Shown piece by piece: positions 10,180 through 20,605 of a stretch of DNA of 64,000 bases (its first letter is position 1; every line of letters starts with the position of its first letter). Position numbers and translations under genes: made by a program. The notes below the pieces were generated by a model. The model saw nothing but the letters and a program-made list of their open reading frames with translations, was not told the origin of the DNA and searched no databases. The DNA comes from an uncultured Erysipelotrichaceae bacterium (GTDB lineage: Bacteria > Bacillota_I > Bacilli_A > RF39 > UBA660): NCBI GenBank assembly GCA_948442015.1, contig CAOJRP010000001.1:29617-93616 (forward strand), written 5' to 3'.

Positions 10180-11478
10180 CTATTTAATTCTCATATTCTC
10201 TTCTGTGATTGCCTCTTCATTTTGAGGTGTCACTTCTTTATTAACTTCTAAAAAACTTTTAAGCATCATGTCATGGTAATGGGATAAAGCACTATCTTCA
10301 CTCATTAAACGGCGAAATTTACTAGCTATTTCATAAGCTATCCTTTTATCTTTAATCGTTCTTTTTGATAAAGCATTTCCTATTAAAATATCTTTAGGAA
10401 CCATTTTGTATAGGTAAAAACCATCTGTAACTCCTACTACATCAAAATATTCAGTAATTGCTTTAGCTAAGTTCTTAGTAAGCATATCTTTAGCTCGCCC
10501 AATTAATTTATTAGGAGATATAGAAACATCAATAACTTTATTATAATTATTAGATGGAAGCCTATCTAAAGCATTTTTTAAGTTTTCTGGGATATTAATA
10601 TCTACTTTTAAGTTAGGTTTTAATTCCTCTAATGGCTTTTTCTCAAATTTAGATTCATGTTCATTTAGTAGTATTTTTGCTTGCTCATGTAATGCCTTAA
10701 CTAAAGGACTATATTCTTTACTTGAAGAATTTGAACTTTTTTTCTTTCTAAAACGTTTTCTATCAATATTTAAAAATAAAGTAAATGATTCCGTATTAGT
10801 GACTTTTTTTCTTTTATTTATATCTTTTCCAATAGGCGGAAAAATCGTGAAATTTTCGATAGCATATAAGACAATTTTTTGATACTCTAAAGCTAATTTT
10901 TCTTCTAAATATTTTCGATATTCTTGATAATATTCATTATGATTGCCTAAAAAATCTTCATCATAAACAAAACCATTTTCGCTAGGATAATACATTTCAT
11001 GCGGATAAGGATTTCTAAGTACGGGTACTTTAGTGCCAGGATGGTAAGTTGTATTCTCAAAAACATATCCTAATTTTTTATAATAATTAAATAGATAATC
11101 TTCATATTCTTCGAAAGTTTCTTCGCTATTTTTTTGTCTTGGCATTTTATACTTAGTTCCAGGTAAAATATCCCCTAAATAATTAGGCATTGTAGCTAAA
11201 CCTATAACATTAACTCTCTTAAGCAATTCTTTAAACCTATTAACTTTACTTCTTTCAATACGCATTCCATCAACAACAATAAAAGCATTCTCATCATCTA
11301 TTTGATTAGCTCTAAATAAAAGATCTTTAAGCTCAAGTAAAGCGCTATACTCATCAATTAGCTCATCGCTTGATGGTAAATCTTTTTTTAGCAAAGTTTG
11401 GAGTTCATGAACTCTTTTGGATATTTTTTCTATCTCATCATTGTTAATCGTAAAATCTATTGTCTGCATCTTCATCAC
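10180..11478 (-). CDS. Hypothetical protein (432 aa, basic and Tyr-rich, no recognisable domain)
   Basis: Long ORF immediately downstream of the cpsB-like gene. Confidence 0.5.
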   Translation of the reverse strand: MMKMQTIDFTINNDEIEKISKRVHELQTLLKKDLPSSDELIDEYSALLELKDLLFRANQIDDENAFIVVDGMRIERSKVNRFKELLKRVNVIGLATMPNYLGDILPGTKYKMPRQKNSEETFEEYEDYLFNYYKKLGYVFENTTYHPGTKVPVLRNPYPHEMYYPSENGFVYDEDFLGNHNEYYQEYRKYLEEKLALEYQKIVLYAIENFTIFPPIGKDINKRKKVTNTESFTLFLNIDRKRFRKKKSSNSSSKEYSPLVKALHEQAKILLNEHESKFEKKPLEELKPNLKVDINIPENLKNALDRLPSNNYNKVIDVSISPNKLIGRAKDMLTKNLAKAITEYFDVVGVTDGFYLYKMVPKDILIGNALSKRTIKDKRIAYEIASKFRRLMSEDSALSHYHDMMLKSFLEVNKEVTPQNEEAITEENMRIK

Positions 11479-11529
11479 CCTACTATTAAAATTATAACAA
11501 AAAAAACTAAATAATAAAAGGTATTTAGC

Positions 11530-12297
11530 TTAGAAAAACTTTAGGAAGCTTTTAAAATTCTTAGGATTTTTAATTCTTATTTCTTGATTATATATTACTT
11601 TTAAAGGATTTTCGCTAATTAAGCTCTTGCTATCTTCTTTTCCCACTAGTTTGTCTAGTTCTTTAATTCCTTCATCTAAAAGAAGAATATTTTTAGAGTT
11701 ATGGTGATGAACATCTGTTGCCATAAATTGAATTAAATTATGTTTTATAAGCGTTTTTAAGCACTTTTTAGAACGTTTCCCATATAAACCAATTAAACTA
11801 CCCAGATTACCTTGGAATAAACATCCTTGTTCAATTAAAGATATTAATTCATCTGGTTTATTTTGAAAATAAGAATATCGCTCAGGATGAGCAAGAATAG
11901 GAACTAACCCCTTACTTCTTAAATCAAAAATAACTTCTTTTAAATTATTTATTTTGTTACTCATTGGTAATTCAAATAATATATATTTAGAATCATTTAA
12001 AGTCATTACCTCATCATTTTTAATAAGTCCTTCTAAGTCATAATCAAAATAAATTTCATTCCCTAAATATAACTCTACTTTTATATTCTTTTCTTTTGCT
12101 TGTTTTTGCAATTCTTTAAATAATTTTTTCTTTTCTTTATTATTACAAGAAAAATTACTCCCTTTAATGTAATGTGGTGTTAAGATGATTTTTTTTATCC
12201 CTTTAGATTCCATTTCTTGTAAAGTCTTTATAGAATCTTCAAAACTCTTACATCCATCATCTATTAAAGGAAGTAGATGACTATGAATATCAATCAT
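11530..12297 (-). CDS. cpsB: Capsular polysaccharide tyrosine-protein phosphatase (PHP family, CpsB/Wzh/YwqE-like)
   Basis: MIDIHSHLLPLIDDG...ILTPHY...AHPERY. The PHP-domain metal-binding His residues are present. Confidence 0.75.
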   Translation of the reverse strand: MIDIHSHLLPLIDDGCKSFEDSIKTLQEMESKGIKKIILTPHYIKGSNFSCNNKEKKKLFKELQKQAKEKNIKVELYLGNEIYFDYDLEGLIKNDEVMTLNDSKYILFELPMSNKINNLKEVIFDLRSKGLVPILAHPERYSYFQNKPDELISLIEQGCLFQGNLGSLIGLYGKRSKKCLKTLIKHNLIQFMATDVHHHNSKNILLLDEGIKELDKLVGKEDSKSLISENPLKVIYNQEIRIKNPKNFKSFLKFF

Positions 12298-12305
12298 TTA
12301 CTCAC

Positions 12306-12992
12306 CTACATATAATAATTTCCATAATTACCATAGTAATAGCCACCTTTTGTATTAGGTACTTTGTTAACTATTACACCCGCTATATTTGCTTCTACTG
12401 TCTCTAAAGTTTTCTTAGTTTGAGCAAGCAACTCAAGTGGAGTTTGTTTCATAGCCGATACAATAACTACTTCATCGACTAATTTACTCATAATTACGGA
12501 ATCAGTTAAACCATTTACTGGAACTCCATCAAAAATAATAAGATCATATTCTTTTTTTAAAACATCAATTAATGAACGCATATTGATAGAATTTAATAAT
12601 TCACTAGGATTTGGTGGAACAATACCCATCGTTAAAATATCTAAATTTTTAATTTCTGTTCTTTGGGTAAAATTTTTAATATTAGCTACATTGATAGGAC
12701 CTAATAAAAGAGTTGATAGTCCCCTTTCATTTTCAACATGAAATATTTTATGTTGTCGACCTTTTCGCATATCACAATCTACTAATAAAACTTTTTTCCC
12801 ATCTTGAACAAAAGCAACTGCTAAATTAGATGAAACAAAACTTTTACCTTCTCCTGGCATTGAACTAGTTACTAAAACAGTTTCTAATTTTTTCTCTATT
12901 GAAGAAAATTGTAAATTAGTTCTTATAGTTTTTATAGCTTCACTAATACTACTTTTAGGATTTGACTCAACAACTAATTCATTCATACTCAT
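12306..12992 (-). CDS. cpsD: BY-kinase (CpsD/Wze/YwqD-like tyrosine-protein kinase)
   Basis: Walker A SSMPGEGKSFVSSNLA, Walker B LIIFDGVP, C-terminal tyrosine cluster YYYGNYGNYYM. Confidence 0.8.
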   Translation of the reverse strand: MSMNELVVESNPKSSISEAIKTIRTNLQFSSIEKKLETVLVTSSMPGEGKSFVSSNLAVAFVQDGKKVLLVDCDMRKGRQHKIFHVENERGLSTLLLGPINVANIKNFTQRTEIKNLDILTMGIVPPNPSELLNSINMRSLIDVLKKEYDLIIFDGVPVNGLTDSVIMSKLVDEVVIVSAMKQTPLELLAQTKKTLETVEANIAGVIVNKVPNTKGGYYYGNYGNYYM

Positions 12993-13723
12993 TTTTTCCC
13001 AACTCCTTTTTTAGTATTCTTTTTAAAAGTTCTGCTAGGAATACTTCCTAATATAGGTAAACCAATTTTTTGTTCAACTTCTTCAATACTTTTAATTTTA
13101 TTATCAAAATAATACATTATAAACACAATAATAAAGGCTAGAACAAGTCCTACTGCTAAGTAAAGCCCAACTTGTTTTAAAATATTAATATTATAAGGTA
13201 CTAAAGCTGGTGTCGCTTTATCTATTACGGTAATATTTTGAATTTCATATATTTCCGAAATTTCTTGACTAAATTGATTAGCAATTTTATTGGCTATATT
13301 ACTTGATAAACTAGGATCAGGGGTGTTAACACTTATTTTGATTAATTCTGTATCACTGACATTCGTTACAGTAACAATTTTTTTTAGTTCATCAATTGTA
13401 TAATCTAAGTTTAAATCATTTATAACTTCTTGCATAATTCGACTACTTTTAATAATTTCACTATATGTTCCAACTAGTTTACTATTTATTGAAATATCGT
13501 TAGATAAATTTTGTGATGTGTTTTCATCACTTACTCTTGTAAGTACTAACGTCGTATAAGAATTATATAAAGGTTTTTGAATAAATATTGCATACATACA
13601 CCCTAGAATTCCTATTAATACGGTTATCATTGTCATTAAAGACAATTTATTTAAAAAATAAGAAAATAAATCCTTTAAGTTAATCTCTTCCACACTTTTT
13701 ACACCCTTCCATACTATAAACAA
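12989..13723 (-). CDS. cpsC: Polysaccharide chain-length determinant / kinase activator (CpsC/Wzd/Wzz-like)
   Basis: Two TM helices flank a periplasmic domain. Overlaps the kinase gene by 4 bp. Confidence 0.7.
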   Translation of the reverse strand: MFIVWKGVKSVEEINLKDLFSYFLNKLSLMTMITVLIGILGCMYAIFIQKPLYNSYTTLVLTRVSDENTSQNLSNDISINSKLVGTYSEIIKSSRIMQEVINDLNLDYTIDELKKIVTVTNVSDTELIKISVNTPDPSLSSNIANKIANQFSQEISEIYEIQNITVIDKATPALVPYNINILKQVGLYLAVGLVLAFIIVFIMYYFDNKIKSIEEVEQKIGLPILGSIPSRTFKKNTKKGVGKK

Positions 13724-13800
13724 TTATACATAATATTAGAGTGTTTAGCAAGAAAATTTTTAAGGCACAATTTCCTACTAATAGAAAAAAGCCCAAAGGC

Positions 13801-14640
13801 TTATTTTATTTCATATGTTTCATTTTCGATATTAGAAAAATTTAATATTCCTGTTTTACCAAAATCAATACCACTTGTATTTACGTTACTTTCATTAACT
13901 GTTTTTTCTAAATTAACATTTTTAATTGCGGGCAACTCAAATTCGTCTTCACTATCTTCTATTATAGTTTTAGATTCTTCTTTAATTTCTTCTACTGGAA
14001 CAGAAACTTTCGGTATGACACCTTCAATTTCATTAGAAACTGGTTTTGGTACTTCAATGTTTGGAACAATAGTTGAAACAGGGTCATTAACAATTTCTAC
14101 TTGAGGTTGTTTTTCTATAACTGATGGATTATCTATAATTTGTGGTGTTTCTTTAATTGGCATTTCCACTTCAGGAACAACGATATCCTGCTTTTGGGGA
14201 AGAGAATTTATTAAATCTGAACTGTTTTCTATTATTGATCCACTATTTGAAATACCGTTATTACTATCATCCTCAAATTCACTTAAAAGATTATTCATAG
14301 AGTTCTGTGTGGTCGGAGCAGTTAGAACAATATCCCTAGTTTTGCTTTCTTCATCTTCGTTTTTAAAAAACTCTAAAGGTGTTGCTTTACTTTCTTCTTT
14401 AAATGCCTCTGCTCCACCAAAAATCTCGTCATCATTTGACATAATGCTAGCTTTATCTTGTAAAGCGTTTATATTCTCTTTTTCTAACTTTTCTAATTCA
14501 CTTAGTTTTCTTTTTTTGGTATCTTTAATTGCTGCTAATAAAACTAAACCAAATAAAATTAGTAAAATAGCTATTGTAACAAATAAAATCAATGCAAAAT
14601 ACTGATTGCTATAAACTTTTTCATATAAAAATTTCATCAA
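13801..14640 (-). CDS. Membrane-anchored low-complexity (E/P/V/S-rich) protein
   Basis: N-terminal TM (FALILFVTIAILLILFGLVLLAAI), a coiled-coil stretch, then a Pro/Glu/Val-rich extended region. Confidence 0.45.
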   Translation of the reverse strand: MMKFLYEKVYSNQYFALILFVTIAILLILFGLVLLAAIKDTKKRKLSELEKLEKENINALQDKASIMSNDDEIFGGAEAFKEESKATPLEFFKNEDEESKTRDIVLTAPTTQNSMNNLLSEFEDDSNNGISNSGSIIENSSDLINSLPQKQDIVVPEVEMPIKETPQIIDNPSVIEKQPQVEIVNDPVSTIVPNIEVPKPVSNEIEGVIPKVSVPVEEIKEESKTIIEDSEDEFELPAIKNVNLEKTVNESNVNTSGIDFGKTGILNFSNIENETYEIK

Positions 14641-14785
14641 TTAACCACCTTTTATCTTATTTATAGAATATCACATATAAAAATCATGTGCAAGTAATTT
14701 GGTAGTTTACAAAAACAAATGTCAATATTCTTAGTAAATAATATGTCTAGTATAAAAAAATATTCTACCAAAAAAAGAGGATATA

Positions 14786-15367
14786 CTAAAATCTATATCT
14801 GCTATCCTTTATTTCTTTTACTAATACTTTATCTTTACTATAACCTATTCCTAAAGGTGTATATTTTTCAATCATATACATTGCAGGATCATAAAATTTT
14901 ATTCCCATATTATAATGATATCCCGATTCTTTATAACCGACACTTTTTTCTTTAGGAATGTTATTCTTTACATAAATATTTGTTCCCCAATCTTTGTCTT
15001 CATGCGAAAACTCTAAATACCCATTGCTTTCTATAGTTCCATCAAATAGCACTTCTGTATCTTTTAAATGATATCCTAAAACATTAGTTTTTAATTCACA
15101 AACTTGTTGAGGTAGAATATTTTCTCTTTCTAAGCATTCTATTGGAAAACAATTTTCACTTTCCTTAACATAAGCATTTATGGCATTATCTATTAATTCT
15201 AATCTCTTCTTTAATTTCATAAAAACGCTTTGATTAATATCTTTAGAATAGATCATTTCTCCAAAAACGTGCATTAAATCATCTTTCAAATATAAAACAG
15301 CCATTAATTGTTCATCATTTAATATTTCAAATTCCATTAATAAACCTCCCATACGACTAATTATCAC
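14786..15367 (-). CDS. Hypothetical protein
   Basis: ORF only; the true start may be the internal MEFEILND. Confidence 0.4.
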   Translation of the reverse strand: MIISRMGGLLMEFEILNDEQLMAVLYLKDDLMHVFGEMIYSKDINQSVFMKLKKRLELIDNAINAYVKESENCFPIECLERENILPQQVCELKTNVLGYHLKDTEVLFDGTIESNGYLEFSHEDKDWGTNIYVKNNIPKEKSVGYKESGYHYNMGIKFYDPAMYMIEKYTPLGIGYSKDKVLVKEIKDSRYRF

Positions 15368-15389
15368 AAGCCAAAAGAAAAAGATATAG

Positions 15390-15605
15390 TTATTTATATC
15401 TATTCATTTGTTGCATTACTTGTTTAACTTGCTTTTGACTTGGTTTTCTACCCATACTACTCATCATCGCTTCAATCATTTTCTCATTAATTGGCGGATT
15501 ATCATTAAGTTGTTTTGTAAATAACTTTTTAGCTACAAAAAAACCGATTATTAGTCCAATAACAAGTCCTACTACTATTAATAATATATCGTGTAACATA
15601 AACAT
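15390..15605 (-). CDS. yneF: UPF0154 small membrane protein YneF
   Basis: LLIVVGLVIGLIIGFFVAKK...NPPINEKMIEAMMSSMGRKPSQKQVKQVM matches the YneF family. Confidence 0.7.
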   Translation of the reverse strand: MFMLHDILLIVVGLVIGLIIGFFVAKKLFTKQLNDNPPINEKMIEAMMSSMGRKPSQKQVKQVMQQMNRYK

Positions 15606-15656
15606 TCTCCTTTACTTATTTCTTATTTTACTAAATTTTAAGTACCTATTTCAACC

Positions 15657-16070
15657 CTAAACTACTTGTTTTAACCAAAAATAATCTTTATTATTAAAAT
15701 CACAAACAAAAAGGGAATTTTCTTTTTTTAAATCTTTAAAGAAAGTTGGCTTTACTTTCGTTGTTTTTAAAACCAAAAAAGTCTTATTAATAATTAACTT
15801 ACTCTGTTCATCGGTATAGAAATTATTTAACATATGTCGATTACTATATTTTGTATAATGTTCATCATCTTGATATTTTTTGAAAAAATATTCGTTTAGA
15901 GAATTCTTATCAAAAGTTTTCGTAATTTCCTTAAACATACTATACCCTAAGTCTAAATCATCATTCTTTAAATGATATAAAGATTCCATTGTCTTATATA
16001 AAGTATAAGGATTCTTTTCGGTTAAAGTAATAAATTCTTTATTAATCTTAAAGATATAAAATGTTCTCAT
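15657..16070 (-). CDS. sirA: SirA (YneE)-like sporulation inhibitor of replication
   Basis: The C-terminal FVCDFNNKDYFWLKQV resembles B. subtilis SirA FLAMDFNSKRYGWLNPV. The N-terminal MRTFYIFKINKEF resembles MERHYYTYLIKEEF. It sits between tkt and yneF, exactly as in B. subtilis. Confidence 0.5.
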   Translation of the reverse strand: MRTFYIFKINKEFITLTEKNPYTLYKTMESLYHLKNDDLDLGYSMFKEITKTFDKNSLNEYFFKKYQDDEHYTKYSNRHMLNNFYTDEQSKLIINKTFLVLKTTKVKPTFFKDLKKENSLFVCDFNNKDYFWLKQVV

Positions 16071-16128
16071 ATAATATCACCACAATTATTGTAGCAATAA
16101 AACTTTAAATATTTTGTCAAATAATGTT

Positions 16129-18129
16129 TTATTTATTAATTAATTCCACTACTTTATTTTTAATTGTATTATAATCAAATTCCATCTTTTTTAAGACATC
16201 TTCACTATCACCACTAAGGCCAAAGTCAGATATTCCAAGGACATTCTCAGGTGTTGTAAATCTAAACCAAGGTGTTTTATCACTTGTTTCAATAGCAATT
16301 ACTTTAACATTTGGCGGAATAATTTCTTTTTGATATTCGGCTTGTTGTTCTAAAAAGATATTAATTGAAGGCATGGATACTACTCGGATATCTTTACCTA
16401 AAGCTTTTAATTCTTCTTTAATTAAACAACTAGTAGTTATATCTGTTCCAGAAGAAATTATTAAGGCATCAATTCTAGCTTGTTCACGACTTATTATATA
16501 AGCACCACGAGATACACTCAAACTACTAGTACCTGCTAAAATATGTTGCATTTGTTTACTAATAATTAAGCAAGTTGGTCTTTTATTTTTTAAAATATAT
16601 TCCCATGAACCAATTACTTCATTGATATCAGCTGGTCTTATAACATCAAGATTTGGGGTTGCCCTTAGAGAGGTAAGTTGTTCAACAGGCTCGTGTGTTG
16701 CTCCATCAGGTCCCACAGCTACCGAATCATGAGTAAAAATATAAGTTACAGGAAGACTCATTAAAGCACTCATTCTAATAGCAGGTTTTAAATAGTCAGA
16801 GAAAGCTAAGAATGTGGAACCAAAAACTTTCAAACCACACAAAGCCATACCATTTAAAATCGCTCCCATCGCATGTTCTCGAACTCCAAAGTAAATATTT
16901 TTTCCTAGTTGATATTGTTTAGTTAATTCAGCCTCTTTATAAAGATTTGTTTTACAAGATGAGGAAAGGTCTGCTGAACCTCCTAAAAAGAAAGGTGTTC
17001 TATCACTAATAACATTCATAATTTTGGAATTAGATTCTCTTAATTCTTCATTATAGTTAGGTTGGATTTGAAAATTTCTCGCATCAAAATTAGCACTAAT
17101 TTCGCCAAATTCTAAAAATCTAACTATTTTCATTATATCTGTATTACTACTAGTTTTAAACTTATTAAAATATTCGACCCAAGGTTTATATTCTTCTTTT
17201 ACCCTTTCCACGATTGGTTTACGCATGTTTTTTAAAGCCCGTTCTTCAATTTCCATTGTGTTAGTAGTTATACCCATTTTCATTCTTAAATTATCAATAT
17301 CATCTTTTGTTAAAGGCTTACCATGAGCAATATTCTTTCCTTCATTATAACTGCCTCGTCCAATAATAGTTTTAATTTCAATTAAGGAAGGTTTCCCTGT
17401 AACTTTCTTAGCTCTTATAATTGCTTTATCTATTTCTTTGGGGTCATTTCCTTCATTGACATAATCAACGTGCCATCCTAAAGCATCATATTTTTTCGTT
17501 ATATCTTCTTTACTTGATAAGTCTAATTCCCCATCTAGTGTTACGTCGTTAGAATCATATAAAACAATTAACTTACCTAATCCTTGAATTCCTGCTATCG
17601 CTGCTGCTTCTGTAGCTACTCCTTCCATTAAGTCCCCATCTGATGCTAAAACATAAGTATAATAATTAATAAGTTCTTGACGCTTTACTTTACTACCAAT
17701 ATATGATGCAATATAACGCTCTGCTAAAGCCATCCCTACTGCAGTAGCTAGTCCTTGACCAAGTGGCCCTGTTGTACAATCAACTCCTGGAGTTTTTCCT
17801 AATTCAGGATGTCCTGGACATTTCGAATCAATTTTTCTAAATGCTTGTAAATCATCTAAAGTAATTTCGAAACCAGCCATAAACAAACAAGAATAAAGAA
17901 GAGCTGAACCATGACCTGCTGATAAAACAAAACGATCTCGATTAACCCAATCAGGGTCAGCGGGATTTATCTTTAAATGATTTTGATATAAAGTATAGAT
18001 AATTGGTGCTGCTCCTAAGGCAATACCAGGATGTCCACTTCCTGCTACTCTTATCATATCAACACTTAAAAGTCTCAAACTATTTATTGCGTGATGTAAA
18101 TCTTGATCTATAACTGGCATTTTTATCAA
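16129..18129 (-). CDS. tkt: Transketolase
   Basis: TPP-binding region GSGHPG, with DGDLMEG and downstream motifs. 666 aa. Confidence 0.9.
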   Translation of the reverse strand: MIKMPVIDQDLHHAINSLRLLSVDMIRVAGSGHPGIALGAAPIIYTLYQNHLKINPADPDWVNRDRFVLSAGHGSALLYSCLFMAGFEITLDDLQAFRKIDSKCPGHPELGKTPGVDCTTGPLGQGLATAVGMALAERYIASYIGSKVKRQELINYYTYVLASDGDLMEGVATEAAAIAGIQGLGKLIVLYDSNDVTLDGELDLSSKEDITKKYDALGWHVDYVNEGNDPKEIDKAIIRAKKVTGKPSLIEIKTIIGRGSYNEGKNIAHGKPLTKDDIDNLRMKMGITTNTMEIEERALKNMRKPIVERVKEEYKPWVEYFNKFKTSSNTDIMKIVRFLEFGEISANFDARNFQIQPNYNEELRESNSKIMNVISDRTPFFLGGSADLSSSCKTNLYKEAELTKQYQLGKNIYFGVREHAMGAILNGMALCGLKVFGSTFLAFSDYLKPAIRMSALMSLPVTYIFTHDSVAVGPDGATHEPVEQLTSLRATPNLDVIRPADINEVIGSWEYILKNKRPTCLIISKQMQHILAGTSSLSVSRGAYIISREQARIDALIISSGTDITTSCLIKEELKALGKDIRVVSMPSINIFLEQQAEYQKEIIPPNVKVIAIETSDKTPWFRFTTPENVLGISDFGLSGDSEDVLKKMEFDYNTIKNKVVELINK

Positions 18130-18173
18130 CTCTTTCTATTTCTTTTATAAAGTATAGCAAAAAAAAAGAAGAA

Positions 18174-19256
18174 TTAAAAGTGCAATGAATTATTATTTTC
18201 TTCCTTCTCTTCTTCTAATTCATTTAGTATGGTTACCTTTTTACCTTCTTGTTCTAATTGTTTATAGAAAATCTTTAAATCTTCTTTTTTTAGTTCTTCT
18301 ATATTTTCAACTCTTTTTCGCATATTTTCAACTATATCTTTTTTAACAATTTTTGCCTTTTTCTTAGTTTGCTTGATTAAAGCACCATCTTTACTATAAT
18401 ACTTATTAACCATGTTAACTAATTCTTTATAATTTTCTTTACCTACACTTTGTACTAGATTATTTTTATTTAAAGTTATATAGGATTCTTTTATTATTTT
18501 TTTAAATTCTTTATAAAACTTTTTTATTAAATATAAATTTTTTTCATAAATACTTTTGTTATAAGCTAAAATAAGTGTACTCAAATCTCCACCACGTCTT
18601 TCAAAAATTTTTAAAATGTCAAGAGCAATACTTTCATTAATTAACTCATTAATTATCCTTTCCTCTTCTATTGTTTCAAAGCCCGATTTTTTATAAATGT
18701 CATTATGCAGAGCAATAAGAGGTATATCTGTTAAAGCATGATTAAGTTCATGAATTATAGTTGCTTTAGAAAATATAAATATTGGTAGACAAATTATTCT
18801 TTGCATTTTATTTTTTTTAAAGTGGTCAAAATATGTTGGAGTTTTATCATTTAAAACTTTTATTAAACTATTTCTAAACACATTATCAAACAATGCTTTT
18901 TTTAATACTTTTTTATTTGAAGATCCAACAAAACATTCTTTAATAACATCATTTGCTTTACTTCGATATTTAAAAAAATCTTGAAAATCTTGAAACATTT
19001 CTTGTTCCGATTCTGAAATCGCTTGTTTATTTTCACAATAAAAATTTTTTAGACGAGAAAAACTATGATTAAAAAAATTATTCCAATTTATAAAATAAAC
19101 AAAAACAATTTCATTAAATCTACTTATAATTTCATCACGATGTTGTTCTCCATAATATTCCACAAACGACTCAATTAAAATATCTTTATTTTCCTCTATT
19201 GTATCATTATATAATTTTTCATATTTTTTCTTTAATTTTTGATAATTAAACCCCAT
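18174..19256 (-). CDS. Hypothetical protein with an HExxH motif (IIHELNHALTD)
   Basis: Single zincin-like HExxH. Otherwise unrecognised. Confidence 0.45.
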   Translation of the reverse strand: MGFNYQKLKKKYEKLYNDTIEENKDILIESFVEYYGEQHRDEIISRFNEIVFVYFINWNNFFNHSFSRLKNFYCENKQAISESEQEMFQDFQDFFKYRSKANDVIKECFVGSSNKKVLKKALFDNVFRNSLIKVLNDKTPTYFDHFKKNKMQRIICLPIFIFSKATIIHELNHALTDIPLIALHNDIYKKSGFETIEEERIINELINESIALDILKIFERRGGDLSTLILAYNKSIYEKNLYLIKKFYKEFKKIIKESYITLNKNNLVQSVGKENYKELVNMVNKYYSKDGALIKQTKKKAKIVKKDIVENMRKRVENIEELKKEDLKIFYKQLEQEGKKVTILNELEEEKEENNNSLHF

Positions 19257-19267
19257 AAAGTCTTCTC

Positions 19268-20404
19268 CTAATCTTTTAAGATATTCATAGCAAGATCATA
19301 TAACTTTTTCATTGCTTGGTCATTTTTGCTTTTTAACATATTTTTCTTCATTATAGAAAGTAACTCTGGTTTTCGATTGATTTCTTCTAAATACTTAGAA
19401 AAAGTAAATACTGTCCGAAATCTCTTACCATAATTATTCTTCTCAAAATACTTGTAATTAGCTCGCTCTGGTCCCCCTGAACAGTTAATCATAAGTATTG
19501 GTCTTTTAAAATACAGACTCTCAGTTGTTTGAGCTCCACCTGGCTTAGAAATAACAAAGTCACATATTTGTAATAATTCAGGGACATTATTAACAAAACC
19601 AAATGTATGAATATTAGTAGCATTAAATTCCTTTATCCATCTGTCAACTTTATTCTTTGATACTTGATTTCTTCCAGCAACGAATAAAAAATCAATATCT
19701 AAATTCATTTTAATTATTTTTCTAATATATGGTAGTGATGCTTTAGAACCATTACCGCCACCACCAAAGAATAAACATATTGGACGATAACCAGAAATTT
19801 TTAATTTCTTTAATACTTTTTCTTTATCAAAATTTGGTTCTACTTTCGGACTTATTGGAATACCATAAGGTTTTATTTTTGAAGGATCTACGCCTCTTTT
19901 CTTTAAATATTTAACCTCATCTTTATCTCCAACAATAATAGCTTGTTCTTTTTTATAACCTTTAAGCCACATCTCATGAGCTTCGTAATCTGTTATAACA
20001 GTAATTAACTTACTATTTATAAGACCTTTTCTATTATACATATCAATTAAACTACTGCCATAAAAATGAGTAGAAATAGTTAAATCAGGTTTATAATCCG
20101 TAATTAATTTTTTCATTCTTTTATTATTAAATAATTGAACACTTAATTTATTCGAAATCGCTCCAGTTATTTTTGTATCAAACGAGTCATATACTAAAGA
20201 CCAAATAAAAGGATGTTTAAGCATTAAATAGTCACACCATTTTTGGCTTAATGTTCCAATAAAAGGAATCGAATACTTTAGTAAATCAAAACTAAGTATT
20301 TCTAACTCGCTATCTTGCTCGCTAAAATAATCAGATATATATTTAGCGATTGCTCTGTGACCATTTCCATACATACAATAAGGTATTAAAATTTTCTTTT
20401 TCAT
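19268..20404 (-). CDS. Diacylglycerol glycosyltransferase (MGDG-synthase / UgtP-YpfP-like, GT28)
   Basis: N-terminal MGDG-synthase motif YGNGHRAIAKYI, Gly-rich loop FFGGGGNGS, C-terminal GT-B domain. Confidence 0.65.
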   Translation of the reverse strand: MKKKILIPYCMYGNGHRAIAKYISDYFSEQDSELEILSFDLLKYSIPFIGTLSQKWCDYLMLKHPFIWSLVYDSFDTKITGAISNKLSVQLFNNKRMKKLITDYKPDLTISTHFYGSSLIDMYNRKGLINSKLITVITDYEAHEMWLKGYKKEQAIIVGDKDEVKYLKKRGVDPSKIKPYGIPISPKVEPNFDKEKVLKKLKISGYRPICLFFGGGGNGSKASLPYIRKIIKMNLDIDFLFVAGRNQVSKNKVDRWIKEFNATNIHTFGFVNNVPELLQICDFVISKPGGAQTTESLYFKRPILMINCSGGPERANYKYFEKNNYGKRFRTVFTFSKYLEEINRKPELLSIMKKNMLKSKNDQAMKKLYDLAMNILKD

Positions 20405-20452
20405 AATCTCTCACTATTTCATTATAAAACATTTTTAAAGAAAAAAAAAGAA

Positions 20453-20605
20453 TTAATAATTGATACACGAAGCAATATTACTTTCCTCGGCAATTGTATT
20501 TAATTCTTCATAACGATTTATAAATGCTAAAACTAAGATGATAAGTAACAAATAAAATAATCCTATTGTTACAATATTTTCTATCCTTTCTTTTTTGTTT
20601 TCCAT
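20453..20605 (-). CDS. 50-aa single-TM protein encoded divergently from lexA (possible SOS cell-division inhibitor)
   Basis: RBS AAGGAGTG seven nt before the ATG at 20605. Translation: MENKKERIENIVTIGLFYLLLIILVLAFINRYEELNTIAEESNIASCINY. The tracked 79-aa ORF probably overextends the N-terminus. Confidence 0.4.
   Translation of the reverse strand: MENKKERIENIVTIGLFYLLLIILVLAFINRYEELNTIAEESNIASCINY

Noticed and set aside
14309-14605. Plus-strand ORFs antisense to minus-strand genes in the ORF track (14309-14605, 20865-21146, 23653-23916, 24900-25100, 26858-27085, 29053-29373, 29676-29858, 29909-30148, 30451-30840, 44425-44619, 45486-45737, 47931-48173, 52579-52770, 55081-55293, 55677-55880, 56906-57103, 60616-60960, 63467-63712, and minus-strand 1770-2087)
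   Set aside because: Each lies entirely inside or opposite a longer ORF with clear homology or domain content. They have low-complexity Ser/Leu/Phe-rich translations typical of antisense reading of AT-rich genes, and none has a convincing RBS.
14719-14955. 78-aa plus-strand ORF 14719-14955
   Set aside because: It overlaps the 3' end of minus-strand ORF 14786-15367, has a low-complexity Leu/Tyr/Phe composition and no RBS. Probably spurious.
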